Source: an uncultured Eubacteriales bacterium
GTDB lineage: Bacteria; Acidobacteriota; Aminicenantia; Aminicenantales; Saccharicenantaceae
Direction: 5' to 3'
Length of the DNA: 48,602 nucleotides
Assembly: GCA_964544265.1 (NCBI GenBank)
Contig: CAZJBD010000004.1
Coordinates: 1 to 48,602 of the forward strand
Positions 19,347 to 30,194 of the stretch are shown here, piece after piece (the stretch's first letter is position 1; every line of letters starts with the position of its first letter). The translations under genes were made by a program, and so were the position numbers. The notes beneath the pieces are model-generated. The model was not told the origin of the DNA and searched no databases. It saw nothing but the letters and a program-made list of their open reading frames with translations.

Positions 19347-19403
19347 TTTTGCTGCGTTGAAATTTTTTCTTAAAGAATATATAAAGGAGGGGGGAACGTT
19401 AAC

Positions 19404-20276
19404 GTGATCGTCGAAGTCTTCAAGTCGCTTAGGCCGCAGCAGTGGATCAAGAACCTCTTCATCTTTGCCCCCCTCATCTTTTCCAGAAGCCATCTCAATC
19501 CGGCGCTGGTCTTGGAGACCGCGCTGGGCTTCGCGGCGTTCTGCTTGATCGCGAGCGCCCAATACGTTTTTAATGACATTCACGATTTGGCTGAGGACAG
19601 GCTCCATCCCGTCAAGTCGAAGAGGCCGCTGGCCTCGGGAAGGCTTAAGATGGGCCCCGCTGTCCTGTCCTGCATTCTTCTTGCGGTCTGCGGACTGGCC
19701 GTGGCCGCGATCCTCGACCGCGAGTTCTTCATCATCTCCGCAGCTTACCTCGTCCTGCAGCTCCTTTACTCGCTCTGGCTCAAACATATCGTCATCCTGG
19801 ATGTCTTCGTGCTGGCGGCCGGATTCGTCATCCGGGTCGTGGCTGGGGGTCTGCTCATCGAAGTTAAGATCTCCTCCTGGCTTCTCGTCTGCACGATGCT
19901 CCTCTCCCTTTTCCTGGCTTTAGGCAAGAGACGCCACGAAATCGTCCTCCTGGAAAGCAATGCCCAGAACCACCGCCCCGTCCTCAAGGAATACAGCACC
20001 GAGCTCCTTGACCAGATGATCTCGGTCGTGACGGCCTCCACGCTCATCGCATATTGTTTGTATACGATCTCCGAGGAGACGGTGGCCAAATTCGGCACGC
20101 GGAATCTTATCTTTACGGTCCCCTTCGTTCTCTACGGCATCTTCCGCTATCTTTATATCATCCATCTGAAGGCTGAGGGCGGCTCCCCCGAGTCCCTGAT
20201 CATCAAGGACACGCCCCTTCTCCTCGACCTCTTTCTCTGGATTGCCGCCGTAATTCTGATTATTGGCCCGAGGTGA
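19404..20276 (+). CDS. UbiA-family polyprenyl-phosphate phosphoribosyltransferase-like protein
   Basis: RPQQWIKN, NDIHDLAEDRLHPVKSKRPLASG and LGKRRHE motifs. Confidence 0.87.
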   Translation: MIVEVFKSLRPQQWIKNLFIFAPLIFSRSHLNPALVLETALGFAAFCLIASAQYVFNDIHDLAEDRLHPVKSKRPLASGRLKMGPAVLSCILLAVCGLAVAAILDREFFIISAAYLVLQLLYSLWLKHIVILDVFVLAAGFVIRVVAGGLLIEVKISSWLLVCTMLLSLFLALGKRRHEIVLLESNAQNHRPVLKEYSTELLDQMISVVTASTLIAYCLYTISEETVAKFGTRNLIFTVPFVLYGIFRYLYIIHLKAEGGSPESLIIKDTPLLLDLFLWIAAVILIIGPR

Positions 20277-20280
20277 TCTC

Positions 20281-21357
20281 ATGAGCCGGGTCCGAGTCGC
20301 GGTCTTGAAGACTTCGCCGGAGACGATCCTCGACGATATCCGCGTCGTCATGTCCTTAGCCGATTATCAGCGCTTTCTTAATAAAGACCAGGATATCCTG
20401 ATCAAACTCAATCTCTCCTGGACCAAATACTTCCCCTCCTGCTCGAGCCAGCCCTGGCAGGTCGAGGGCGCCGTCCGGACGCTCCTTGAGGATGGTTACT
20501 CTCGGGAGAAACTTATTCCCGTAGAAAACAAGACGGTCGTTACCAATCCGATAAAGGGAGCAAGGAACAACAAATGGCTGTCTGTCCTCGATAAATACGG
20601 ACTGGAATTCATTCCGCTTCCAGAGGCCGAGTGGATGTTTTACTCCTTCCGAAGCCCGCTTCTCAAGCTCAATGAGATTTTCCCGGAAGGCATCCTCATC
20701 CCGAAAATCTACGTCGGAAAGAGCATCCTCCACCTCCCCACGGTCAAGACCCACGGCCATTCGACGACGACGGGCGCGGTGAAGAACGCCTTCGGCGGGC
20801 TGCTCAAAGAGGTCCGCCACTACGCCCATAAATACATCCACGAAGTCCTGGTCGACCTCCTTTACATGCAGAGGGAACTCCATCCGGGGCTTTTCGTCGT
20901 CATGGACGGGACCGTCTGCGGGAATGGCGCCGGGCCCCGAACCATGCTGCCGGAGATCAAGAACGTCATCCTGGCGAGCGGCGATTCTCTGGCCATCGAC
21001 GCTGTAGCGGCCAAAATCATGGGATTCGAGCCCATGGACATCCCCTACATCCGGATGGCCCACGAACGCGGGCTGGGTGTGGGCGACCTTCGCGAGGTCG
21101 AGATCGCCGGCGAGGACGTCTCTGAGATGAACTTTGGATTCAAGGCCCGGCGGAGCTTTGTCATCTGGGGCGACCAGATGATCCGGAAGGGATTTCTCCG
21201 GCCGTTCGAGCGGCTTCTTCTCCACTCGCCGCTGGTCTTCTGGGCGCCCTTCGCGTCCAACGTTTATCACGACCTGATGTGGTATCCGACGATCGGCAGA
21301 AAGCGCATCCGGCACTTCATGAAGACGGAGTGGGGAGCCCTCTGGAAAAAATATTGA
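20281..21357 (+). CDS. DUF362 domain protein
   Basis: IKLNLSW, LPTVKTH, TGAVKNAFG, MDGTVCGNGAGP and AIDAVAAKIMG motifs; ATG at 20281. Confidence 0.8.
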   Translation: MSRVRVAVLKTSPETILDDIRVVMSLADYQRFLNKDQDILIKLNLSWTKYFPSCSSQPWQVEGAVRTLLEDGYSREKLIPVENKTVVTNPIKGARNNKWLSVLDKYGLEFIPLPEAEWMFYSFRSPLLKLNEIFPEGILIPKIYVGKSILHLPTVKTHGHSTTTGAVKNAFGGLLKEVRHYAHKYIHEVLVDLLYMQRELHPGLFVVMDGTVCGNGAGPRTMLPEIKNVILASGDSLAIDAVAAKIMGFEPMDIPYIRMAHERGLGVGDLREVEIAGEDVSEMNFGFKARRSFVIWGDQMIRKGFLRPFERLLLHSPLVFWAPFASNVYHDLMWYPTIGRKRIRHFMKTEWGALWKKY

Positions 21358-21376
21358 CGGCGATCGCCAGAGTTGA

Positions 21377-22006
21377 TTATCGGATCCCCAGGATTTTGTG
21401 GAGCTGGACGGAAACCCGGATATTTTCCAGCCCTTCCTTAAGGCTCTGCCCGAGGATCTCCATGGCCTTGGTCGCGCTCCGGCGGCGGTTGGACTCGGGC
21501 TGGAGGAAGACGGGTGTCCCGGACGGGAACCTCTTTCGGGTTTCGCGGACGATTTCGAAGCTCAGTTCCCGGCTCACCACAAGCTTCACTTCTTTGGCCG
21601 TTTTTAGGAACCGGGGCTCGACGGCATATTCCGGAGGCTTGGGAGAAACCGTATACCAGTCCACGGGGAGCAGGCGGTCGACCGTCCCGTTGGTCTCGGC
21701 CTGGACCTTGAATCCTCCTTTTTTGAAGTCGCGGACAAGCCCGGAGATGTCCTGAAGGAGGGGCTCGCCGCCCGTCAAGCAGACCCAGACCGCGGGGAAA
21801 TCGTGTTGCAGTCGGAGGACTTCCGCTACGACCTCATCCCGCGTCCTTTCTTTTCCGCCCGTCCAAGCGTATTTCGTGTCGCAAAACGGGCAACGAAGGT
21901 TGCATCCCGAAAACCGCACGAAAATCGTCGGTTCGCCCTGGCGAAGACCCTCGCCCTGAACGGAGGCGAAAACCTCAGCGATCTTCAGAGTAGGTCGCGG
22001 CAGCAT
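21377..22006 (-). CDS. queE: 7-carboxy-7-deazaguanine synthase
   Basis: SVQGEG, FVRFSGCNLRCPFCDT, TGGEP, SPK and QLHK motifs. Confidence 0.93.
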   Translation of the reverse strand: MLPRPTLKIAEVFASVQGEGLRQGEPTIFVRFSGCNLRCPFCDTKYAWTGGKERTRDEVVAEVLRLQHDFPAVWVCLTGGEPLLQDISGLVRDFKKGGFKVQAETNGTVDRLLPVDWYTVSPKPPEYAVEPRFLKTAKEVKLVVSRELSFEIVRETRKRFPSGTPVFLQPESNRRRSATKAMEILGQSLKEGLENIRVSVQLHKILGIR

Positions 22007-22322
22007 CCTCGGATTCCCAAACGGTTACGGCCTTGACCGGATAGAGCTTCTTGAGCTCCCGGTAGAAATGGCGGGACAGATTCTCGGCGGACGGATTAAA
22101 AGGGTAGACGTCGTTGAGGAGCGTATGGTCAGGAAGGATCCCGGCCAGCCGCTTTTTGATGTCCATGAAATCGATGCCGATCCCCGCCTTATCGAGCTCG
22201 GCAACTTCGATTTCGACTTGAACCTGGAACGTGTGTCCGTGGACCTTCTCGCACTTACCTTTGTATTCTCGGAGAAAGTGGGCGGCTTGGAACTTGTCCT
22301 TGGCCTTCAATATCCAGCTCAT
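21975..22322 (-). CDS. queD: 6-carboxytetrahydropterin synthase
   Basis: Starts MSWILK; AAHFL, CEKVHGH, NPSAENL and VWES motifs. Confidence 0.92.
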   Translation of the reverse strand: MSWILKAKDKFQAAHFLREYKGKCEKVHGHTFQVQVEIEVAELDKAGIGIDFMDIKKRLAGILPDHTLLNDVYPFNPSAENLSRHFYRELKKLYPVKAVTVWESEDAAATYSEDR

Positions 22323-23014
22323 AGTTTTCCTTCCTTTCGTAACCGGGCAATGAGCGGGTCCTTCAAGCCGGCCTCTCGCCAAGCCTTTTTCCGCAGGAGG
22401 CAGGAGGAGCAGGCGCCGCAGGGCACTTCGCCGCCGGCGTAACAGGACACGGAGTACGAGTAATCGGCGCCGAGGGCGATTCCTTTCCGGATGATGGTGG
22501 ATTTCTTGAGCTTGACGAAGGGGGCGAGGACGCGCATCCGTGGGGTTCCGAAAGCGGCCTTCGTTCCGGCGTTGATGGCCTCTTCCATGGCCCGGACGAA
22601 CTCGCACCGGGTATCCGGATAATTCGGCGAGTCGATCATGTTGAATCCGCAGACGAGGTCCGTAACGCCCTTCGCTTCGGCCCAAGCCGCCGCCAGGGAC
22701 AGGAGGATGCCGTTCCGGAAAGGGACATAGGTCGGCGGAATCCCGGCCTTGAGAGTCTTGAGGTCCCGGTATTGGGGAACGGAGATCGCGGCGTCCGTCA
22801 AGGCGGAGCCTCCGACCTGGGTGAGGTCGATCTTGAGTACGATATGGGGGATGGCGAGTTTACGGGCCAGGCGCTTGGCCATCCGGACCTCGACCGCGTG
22901 CCTTTGACCATAGTCGATGGTGAGGGCGAAGACTTTGGCGGACCTCGCAAGCGCCCAATAGAGCGCCGTCGTGGAATCTATCCCCCCGGAGAATAAAACG
23001 ACGCAGGATTTCAT
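22319..23014 (-). CDS. queC: 7-cyano-7-deazaguanine synthase
   Basis: SGGIDS, YGQRH, TYVPFRN, YPD and SCY...CGACSSC motifs. Confidence 0.95.
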   Translation of the reverse strand: MKSCVVLFSGGIDSTTALYWALARSAKVFALTIDYGQRHAVEVRMAKRLARKLAIPHIVLKIDLTQVGGSALTDAAISVPQYRDLKTLKAGIPPTYVPFRNGILLSLAAAWAEAKGVTDLVCGFNMIDSPNYPDTRCEFVRAMEEAINAGTKAAFGTPRMRVLAPFVKLKKSTIIRKGIALGADYSYSVSCYAGGEVPCGACSSCLLRKKAWREAGLKDPLIARLRKEGKL

Positions 23015-23051
23015 GCCGATACCCACGCCGATGATAAAGCAGAATCAAGCC

Positions 23052-23121
23052 GGGGTCAAACCTACTCTTTTGACAAAAAATCGGCTGCCCTTGTGTTTGT
23101 CAAAAGAGTAGGTTTGACCCC
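23052..23121. repeat. REP family A doublet
   Basis: Perfect 26-bp IR, 23052-23077 and 23096-23121. Confidence 0.92.
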
Positions 23122-23176
23122 TCCTTCTTGACACCCCTATACCCCGATGATAATGTTTTTATTCCGGACGAGGCAG

Positions 23177-23974
23177 ATGTCTGAGGTATTTGCGCTCTTA
23201 GATGAGGTGAAAAAAGGAGGAGAGTTCGTCCTCCGGGACGACCAGTATGGATTCAACGATATCCTGGACGCGGTCAAGACCGCCCGCGGCCGGGGCACCC
23301 GCTTCGACCTCCTGGACACCGGGCGGTTCAACCTCCTCGAGCTGGAATTGCTCTGCGGGGCCGGCGCTCATTTCTACTCTTCCGATGATGCCCGCGCGGA
23401 CGTCTCCGAGTTGCTGGCCATCCGGAAGGCCTGTGCCAAGGGCGGCTCCTCTGCGGCATATCTGGCGCGCGGTCCTTTCGAACGCGACGATCAGCCGGAC
23501 CGATCGTCTTATTCCATTCTCTTGGCCTTGGCTGAGGAGGGATTCATTCTTCATGCCTCGAATCGAGAATATGCCCGGGACGTCCTCCGGTTGTCGGAAC
23601 TCGCCGAGAAAGCCAGGAAAGGGGGCGGCTTTCTGGTCTATTATTATCACGGGGGTGCGGACCCCGGGCTCATCGAGTTGGCCTCCCGAGGCGCGAAGAT
23701 TCACCTTTCGGACAAGCTGCTCCAGGAAGGCGACATCGAGCTCCTGACCGCCGTCCTCAAAGCCTCTCGCGGGCGAAAACCGAAGCTCGTCCTTTACATC
23801 GAGAAAGGCATGCCCTACTTATTCCTCAAAAAGATTTTTAGCGCAGGGGGGACCCTGCTTTTTAAGACGCCGCCGATCGATCGTGGCTCCCCCATGGGGG
23901 AACTCGAAAGGAAGGCTCTCAGGAGATCGCTCCGCCCCGGGACCTATTATCTTCAAGCGACTTTCCTCCTGTAA
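23177..23974 (+). CDS. Hypothetical protein with four internal beta-alpha-beta-alpha-like repeats
   Basis: Long ORF; ATG at 23177 preferred (GAGG RBS; upstream ATG overlaps a likely -10). Confidence 0.75.
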   Translation: MSEVFALLDEVKKGGEFVLRDDQYGFNDILDAVKTARGRGTRFDLLDTGRFNLLELELLCGAGAHFYSSDDARADVSELLAIRKACAKGGSSAAYLARGPFERDDQPDRSSYSILLALAEEGFILHASNREYARDVLRLSELAEKARKGGGFLVYYYHGGADPGLIELASRGAKIHLSDKLLQEGDIELLTAVLKASRGRKPKLVLYIEKGMPYLFLKKIFSAGGTLLFKTPPIDRGSPMGELERKALRRSLRPGTYYLQATFLL

Positions 23975-24092
23975 CCGCATAGCGCGCCCACGAACAAAGC
24001 AGAGCCTGAGCTTGATCAAAACGGCGCCTCCGTCAGTTTTCCGAAGAGAGTTCGTGGATAAACCGGGGTGAATTGGATATAATGAATCTTTT

Positions 24093-24470
24093 ATGGCCAG
24101 AGAAATGAGCGAAGATATTAAAGCCGTCGAAAGCGGGGCCGTCGGGGCCCTTCTGAAGATCAAGGAAGCCGAAGACCAGGCTGCCGCCCTCGTCCGGGAG
24201 GCCAGAGAGATCGAAGGCCCGCGGCTCATTCAGGCCGCCCAGGAAGAATCCCGGAAAGTCAGGGATGATCTCCTCGAAAAGGCCCGGAGGGAAGCGGAGT
24301 CGCTAACTCAGACCTTGATCGATAAGGCACGGCGTGACGCCGATGAGGTCCGAAAGCGGACCGACGAGGAGATCGCCAGAATGCGGGCTGAAGCCGGGCC
24401 GTTGATGGACCGGGCCGTGGCTGAGGCGGAGCGTCGGCTGGCGGCGGTTCTCGATGGAGGCTCTGTTTAA
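24093..24470 (+). CDS. V/A-type ATPase peripheral stalk subunit (H/G)
   Basis: Charged coiled coil IKEAEDQA...; first gene of the ATPase operon. Confidence 0.75.
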   Translation: MAREMSEDIKAVESGAVGALLKIKEAEDQAAALVREAREIEGPRLIQAAQEESRKVRDDLLEKARREAESLTQTLIDKARRDADEVRKRTDEEIARMRAEAGPLMDRAVAEAERRLAAVLDGGSV

Positions 24471-24473
24471 GCC

Positions 24474-26381
24474 GTGGCCGTTGCACCGATCGAAAAGGTT
24501 CATGTCTTCGTCCATCGGAGTCTGAAGACGGAACTCCTGTCCTCCCTTCAGGAGGAAGGGGTTGTCCACGTCGAAGAGGTGAAGCTTGAAGGCTTCGAGC
24601 TCCGGTCGTCCCCGGTCGATCTCTCGGATGCCGATCGCATCCTGTCTCGACTTGAGCATACCCTTGACGTCTTCGCCGATTGGGACGAAACAGGCGGGTT
24701 GAAGAGGCTCCTCCGTCCTAAGCCTGTCCTGTCCAGGAAATCGAGGCCAAGAGTTCTGGATTTTGATTACGGCCGCGTCCTTGACGAATTGGAGAGGCTT
24801 GAATCTCTGAAGAACGATCGGCAGAAGGAGACGCGGCTCTTGGGCAAAGAAACGGAATTTCTCGAGCCTCTCCGTGCCCTGCGCTTCCCCCTCGAGATCC
24901 TTAGGGGCGCGCCTACGACCGAGTTCAGGCTGGTGATCCTGCCCTCATCCGAAGTGGAGAAGCTCTCAGCGTTGGCCCAGGACCGGCCTCTCTGGTTCGA
25001 TATCGTCGCCCGCAACAGGAGGCTTGCCCATATCCTTATGGTCTTTCCACGGGATTCGGGGAACGAAATCGAACCTTTATTAAGGGAACTCCATGCCGCG
25101 CCCTTCTCCCTGGACGCCCAGGTCGAGAAGGCCCGTCCCGGAGACAGGGTTGGCGACATCCTGGAAAGGAACGACGAAGAGCGCGCCCGCATAAACGCCG
25201 ATATCGCCGCTCTTGATGACAGGATGAAGGCCCTGGCCGTTCACAAAACGGCCCTGATGTCCGTCCACGACGTTCTCCTAAACGAGCGGGAGAAAGCCTT
25301 TGCCGCGGGTCTCCTCGGCGAAACGGAGAAAGTCATTTGCCTCGAAGGCTGGGTCCGGGCCGCGGACAAAAAGCGACTTGCCTCGCGGATATCTTCGGTC
25401 GCCGAAGCCGCCCAAGTCTATTTCCGCAAGCCGCTTCCGGAAGAGGAACCGCCGGTTATCCTCGAGAACGCCGGGATCGCGAAGCCGTTCGAGATCATCA
25501 CCGGCCTTTATGGCCTGCCCCAGCGCGGCAACCTCGATCCCACGGCGCCCCTCGCGCCGTTCTTCTTTCTCTTCGTGGGGCTCTGCGTCAGCGAAGGCGG
25601 CTACGGCTTTCTCGTCGCTGCGCTCAGCCTCCTTTATCTGAAGTTCGGACGGCCGTCGAAAGGCGCCCGGCTGTTCGCCACTCTCGCCCTCTACCTCGGG
25701 CTGTCCAATATCGTCCTGGGCACGCTCTTCGGCGGCTGGTTCGGGTTCCCGATCCGCCCGCTCCTCCTCATTGATACCTTAAAGAATCCGATCGCCTTCC
25801 TTGGTCTATCGCTTCTCTTGGGCTTCATCCAAGTCTGGGTTGGAACGCTCCTCAGTATGGTCAACGCGATCAGAAATAAAGCTTTCGCCGAAGCCGTCGT
25901 CAAGGGCGGCTGGCTTCTTCTTCTGCCGACCCTTATTCTTTTTTTCGTCCTCCGGAGTTCGCTCGCAGGGATCCTGGCCATTGCCGGGGCCTCCGCCGTC
26001 GTGTTTTTTGCCAATCCCAGCAAGAATCCGCTGGCCCGTTTCTTCGGCGGCCTCTACAGCCTTTACGGCATCTCCGGTTACGTCTCCGATACATTGTCCT
26101 ATTCCCGCATCCTGGCCCTGGGCCTGGCCACCGGGGTCATCGGCATGGTCGTCAACAATCTGACCCAGACGGTGTTCAAGATCCCGGTCGCGGGCTGGGT
26201 TCTGGCTCCTGTTGTCTTCGTCGGCGGCCACCTGTTCAACCTGGGAATCGGATTCCTGGGAGGCTTCGTCCATTCCATGCGTCTTCAGTTCGTCGAGTTC
26301 TTCACCAAGTTCTACAGGGGAGGGGGAAAGCCCTTCAAAGCCTTTCGGCTTGAGAATAAATATATGGAGTTTGTCGAATAG
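24474..26381 (+). CDS. atpI: V/A-type ATPase subunit I
   Basis: EGWV, PFE...YGLP...DPT, DTLSYSRILALGLA and HSMRLQFVEFF motifs. Confidence 0.93.
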   Translation: MAVAPIEKVHVFVHRSLKTELLSSLQEEGVVHVEEVKLEGFELRSSPVDLSDADRILSRLEHTLDVFADWDETGGLKRLLRPKPVLSRKSRPRVLDFDYGRVLDELERLESLKNDRQKETRLLGKETEFLEPLRALRFPLEILRGAPTTEFRLVILPSSEVEKLSALAQDRPLWFDIVARNRRLAHILMVFPRDSGNEIEPLLRELHAAPFSLDAQVEKARPGDRVGDILERNDEERARINADIAALDDRMKALAVHKTALMSVHDVLLNEREKAFAAGLLGETEKVICLEGWVRAADKKRLASRISSVAEAAQVYFRKPLPEEEPPVILENAGIAKPFEIITGLYGLPQRGNLDPTAPLAPFFFLFVGLCVSEGGYGFLVAALSLLYLKFGRPSKGARLFATLALYLGLSNIVLGTLFGGWFGFPIRPLLLIDTLKNPIAFLGLSLLLGFIQVWVGTLLSMVNAIRNKAFAEAVVKGGWLLLLPTLILFFVLRSSLAGILAIAGASAVVFFANPSKNPLARFFGGLYSLYGISGYVSDTLSYSRILALGLATGVIGMVVNNLTQTVFKIPVAGWVLAPVVFVGGHLFNLGIGFLGGFVHSMRLQFVEFFTKFYRGGGKPFKAFRLENKYMEFVE

Positions 26382-26402
26382 ATGATTCCTAACGCGATAT
26401 AA

Positions 26403-26894
<492 letters not shown>

Positions 26895-26902
26895 ATCGAC
26901 CG

Positions 26903-27319
26903 ATGAGCCTGGAAAAGATCGTCGATAAAATCCTGGACGATGCCAGGGCCGAAGCGGAACGGACCAGGACCGAATGCCTCCAGAAGGCTACGGAAATTAA
27001 GGAGGAGGCAAAACGGCAGGCCGGCGAGCTGGCCGGCGCCCTGCTCCGGGAGGCCGAGCGCGAAGCGCGTCTCGAGGCCGGGCGGATCGTAACCCAGGCG
27101 CGCCTCGAAGGGCGAATTGAGCTCTTAGCCGCGAAAAAGAATCTGATCACAGAGGTTCTGGAAAAGGCCCTGACTGCATCAACGGTCCGGCGCCGTTCTC
27201 TCGTCCGGAAGGTCATCCTGAAGGACGGAGAAAGGGAGGAGCCCTTTGATCGGGCCAAGCTTCTGGACGAGGTCCGGCCGGGGCTGGAGAACCTCATCGC
27301 CGGAATTTTGAAGATATGA
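26903..27319 (+). CDS. atpE: V/A-type ATPase subunit E (short)
   Basis: MSLEKIVDKILDDA coiled coil; operon position between K and C. Confidence 0.8.
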   Translation: MSLEKIVDKILDDARAEAERTRTECLQKATEIKEEAKRQAGELAGALLREAEREARLEAGRIVTQARLEGRIELLAAKKNLITEVLEKALTASTVRRRSLVRKVILKDGEREEPFDRAKLLDEVRPGLENLIAGILKI

Positions 27320-28101
27320 AACGGCATTCCGCTCTCGATTACGCATACGCCATCGGCCGGGTCCGGGCCCTCGAGAACTTTCTCGTCGGCCGGACGGCGT
27401 TTGAGGAGGCCGCCGAGGCCGCGGACGTTTCTTCCGCCCTCCGGACCCTCGGCGAGGCCGGCCGCTTTTCCGAGGACTTCCCGGACATTCGGACGTCAGT
27501 CCAACTGGATCGGGTGATCGAGAGGGAAGAGGCCGATCTTTCTTCTTTCCTTTCGGAAGTTATCCTGGACAAGCCCGTCCTGGAGGTTTTCCGGCGGGAT
27601 TCGGATCCCCAGGAAGCTCTGGGCCTCGGGCGCGAACTCGGCTGCCCGTTCATTGCCGACTATCTCAGGCGCCGGATCGACCTCGGCAACATCAAGGTTT
27701 TCCTCCGGGCCAGGTACCTCGAGTTGCCGGAGGAGAGGTTTCGAGCCGTCGTGCTGCGAGGAGGATTCCTGGAGGAACGTCTGTTCCTCGATAACTACGG
27801 CCTGCCTTTCTCCGAATTCGGGGCACGACTTTCGTCCACACCGTATGCCGGCTTGTGGGAAAGCTCGGTCCGGGCGCTTGGCGAGAGGGAGACGTTCATC
27901 GACCTTGAGCGCGCGTCTGAAGATTTCTTGATGGCTCACTTGAGGCGGGCGAGATATACGGTTTTCGGCCCCGATCCGGTCTATGCTTACGGGCTGGCGA
28001 AGAAAAAAGAGCTTTTCTTGATCCGGATGGTCGTTTCGGGGAAGATCCATGGGATCCCGGCTTCAGTCCTTAAGGAAAGGATCAGCGAGACCTATGTCTG
28101 A
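27316..28101 (+). CDS. atpC: V/A-type ATPase subunit C
   Basis: YAYAIGRVRALE, IDLGNIK and FGPDPVYAY motifs. Confidence 0.85.
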   Translation: MKRHSALDYAYAIGRVRALENFLVGRTAFEEAAEAADVSSALRTLGEAGRFSEDFPDIRTSVQLDRVIEREEADLSSFLSEVILDKPVLEVFRRDSDPQEALGLGRELGCPFIADYLRRRIDLGNIKVFLRARYLELPEERFRAVVLRGGFLEERLFLDNYGLPFSEFGARLSSTPYAGLWESSVRALGERETFIDLERASEDFLMAHLRRARYTVFGPDPVYAYGLAKKKELFLIRMVVSGKIHGIPASVLKERISETYV

Positions 28102-28432
28102 GGGGATGAAGGTCGCGATCGTCGGCGAGGAGGGACTCACGTTCGGCTTCCGGGCCCTCGGCCTGAAGGTGTTTTCCCCGGAGACCGTCGATGAGGCCCG
28201 GGCCGTCATGGCCATCCTCGAAAAAGAGGACTACGCCCTCTGCTTCCTTCATGTCCGTTACTTCGAGCCGTTGAAGGAAGAACTCGAAGCCATCGGAAAG
28301 AAGTTCGGCCCGGTCGTCGTGGGCTTTTCGGATTACAGGAGGATATCGGACCAGCTTGAGGTTCGGCTGAAGGAAATGGCCGTTCGGGCCACGGGCTCGG
28401 ATTCTCTGGTGAAACGGAAGGGAAAGAGATGA
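28094..28432 (+). CDS. atpF: V/A-type ATPase subunit F
   Basis: KVAIVG...GFRALG...RATG motifs. Confidence 0.88.
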   Translation: MSEGMKVAIVGEEGLTFGFRALGLKVFSPETVDEARAVMAILEKEDYALCFLHVRYFEPLKEELEAIGKKFGPVVVGFSDYRRISDQLEVRLKEMAVRATGSDSLVKRKGKR

Positions 28433-30186
28433 GACAGGGTAAGATCATTCGCGTGGCCGGTCCGCTCGTAATTGCCTCGGATTGTCTTGGAGCGAAGATG
28501 TACGACATGGCGAAGATCGGGCAACTTGGCCTGATTGGCGAGGTCATTGAGCTCAAGGAGGACCGGGCATACGTCCAGGTCTACGAAGATACGACGGGCA
28601 TAGGACCGGGCGAGCCGGTTCTTCTCACGGGCAGACCCTTGAGCGTCGAGCTCGGGCCGGGGCTCCTCGGCTCCATCTACGACGGCATCCAGCGGCCGCT
28701 GGACATCATCCGGGCCAGGCAAGGGGATTTCGTCGGCCGCGGCATCGAGATGCCCCCCCTGAGCCGGGAGAGGACCTGGGACTTCAAGCCGCGGTGCCGG
28801 GCGGGCGAGATGGTCGAGGAAGGCGACATCCTGGGCGAGGTCCAGGAGACGCCGCTCATCGTTCACAGGATTCTGGTTCCGGCCGGTTGTTCGGGCTCTG
28901 TGATCGAGGTCCGATCGGGAAGTCTGGGCGTTTCGGAAATCGTGGCCCGGATCGGAACGGAGAACGGGACACGGGAAATCCCGATGTTCCAAACCTGGTC
29001 GATACGCCGGCAGAGGAAGGTGGCCGAACGGCTGATGCCCGATGAACCCCTGGTCACGGGACAGAGGGTTCTAGATATGCTCTTTCCGCTGGCCAAGGGC
29101 GGGACGGCTTGCGTTCCCGGGCCCTTCGGCAGCGGCAAGACCGTCGTCCAGCACCAGCTCGCCAAATGGTCGGACGCCCAGATCATCGTTTTTGTGGCCT
29201 GCGGCGAACGCGGCAACGAGGTCGCCGACTTGCTCCTGAGTTTCCCCGAGCTCAAGGACCCAACCACGGGACGGCCGCTTCTCGAGCGGACCGTCATCAT
29301 CGCCAACACGTCCAACATGCCCGTGGCGGCCCGGGAGGCCTCCATCTATACGGGCATGACGATCGCCGAGTATTTCCGTGACATGGGCTATTCCGTGGCC
29401 CTCATGGCCGACTCTTCAAGCCGCTGGGCCGAAGCCTTGCGCGAGATCTCCGGCCGCATGGAAGAGATGCCCGGCGAGGAGGGCTACCCAGCCTACCTCG
29501 CCAGCCGCATCGCCGAGTTCTACGAGCGGGCCGGCAAGGTCGTCTGCCTGGGTAAGGACAGAAGACCGGGTGCGCTGAGCGTCATCGGGGCCGTCAGCCC
29601 GCCGGGGGGCGACCTTTCGGACCCTGTCGTCCAGGCGACGCTCAAGGTTGTCAAGGTCTTCTGGGCCTTGGACGACAGGCTGGCCAATTCCCGCCACTTC
29701 CCGGCCATCCACTGGCTCCTCAGCTATTCGCTCTATAGAGAGAATGTTAAAAAATACCTTCAAGGCCGGGTCGCCGAGGACTTTGTCGACTTAAGCCAGG
29801 AGGCAATGCGACTTCTGGAGATCGAGTCGGAACTTCTTGAAATCTCGCGCCTGGTCGGCGTGGAGTCCCTCTCTGCCAAGGAGCGTTTGATCCTCGAATC
29901 CGCCCGCTCCATTCGGGAGGACTTCCTCCACCAGAACGCCTTCCATCCGCAGGATACGTACACGTCTCTCAAGAAACAGCACTTGATGCTCAAAGCCATC
30001 CTCCGGTTCCACCAGTCGGCGGAGAAGGCCATCGAAGAAGGAGCAGAGCTGGAGAGCGTCCTGGCCCTCGGCGTCCGGGAGGACATCACCAAGATGAAGT
30101 TTCTGCCCGAAGAGGAGGCCGGGCTCCTGAAGATATCGGCCGCGGTGGACGAAGCATTCGGGAGACTCTCCCGGAGCCGGAATTGA
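28429..30186 (+). CDS. atpA: V/A-type ATPase catalytic subunit A
   Basis: [26 protein letters not shown] and EEGYPAYL motifs; no intein. Confidence 0.96.
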   Translation: MRQGKIIRVAGPLVIASDCLGAKMYDMAKIGQLGLIGEVIELKEDRAYVQVYEDTTGIGPGEPVLLTGRPLSVELGPGLLGSIYDGIQRPLDIIRARQGDFVGRGIEMPPLSRERTWDFKPRCRAGEMVEEGDILGEVQETPLIVHRILVPAGCSGSVIEVRSGSLGVSEIVARIGTENGTREIPMFQTWSIRRQRKVAERLMPDEPLVTGQRVLDMLFPLAKGGTACVPGPFGSGKTVVQHQLAKWSDAQIIVFVACGERGNEVADLLLSFPELKDPTTGRPLLERTVIIANTSNMPVAAREASIYTGMTIAEYFRDMGYSVALMADSSSRWAEALREISGRMEEMPGEEGYPAYLASRIAEFYERAGKVVCLGKDRRPGALSVIGAVSPPGGDLSDPVVQATLKVVKVFWALDDRLANSRHFPAIHWLLSYSLYRENVKKYLQGRVAEDFVDLSQEAMRLLEIESELLEISRLVGVESLSAKERLILESARSIREDFLHQNAFHPQDTYTSLKKQHLMLKAILRFHQSAEKAIEEGAELESVLALGVREDITKMKFLPEEEAGLLKISAAVDEAFGRLSRSRN

Positions 30187-30194
30187 GGGGTCCC

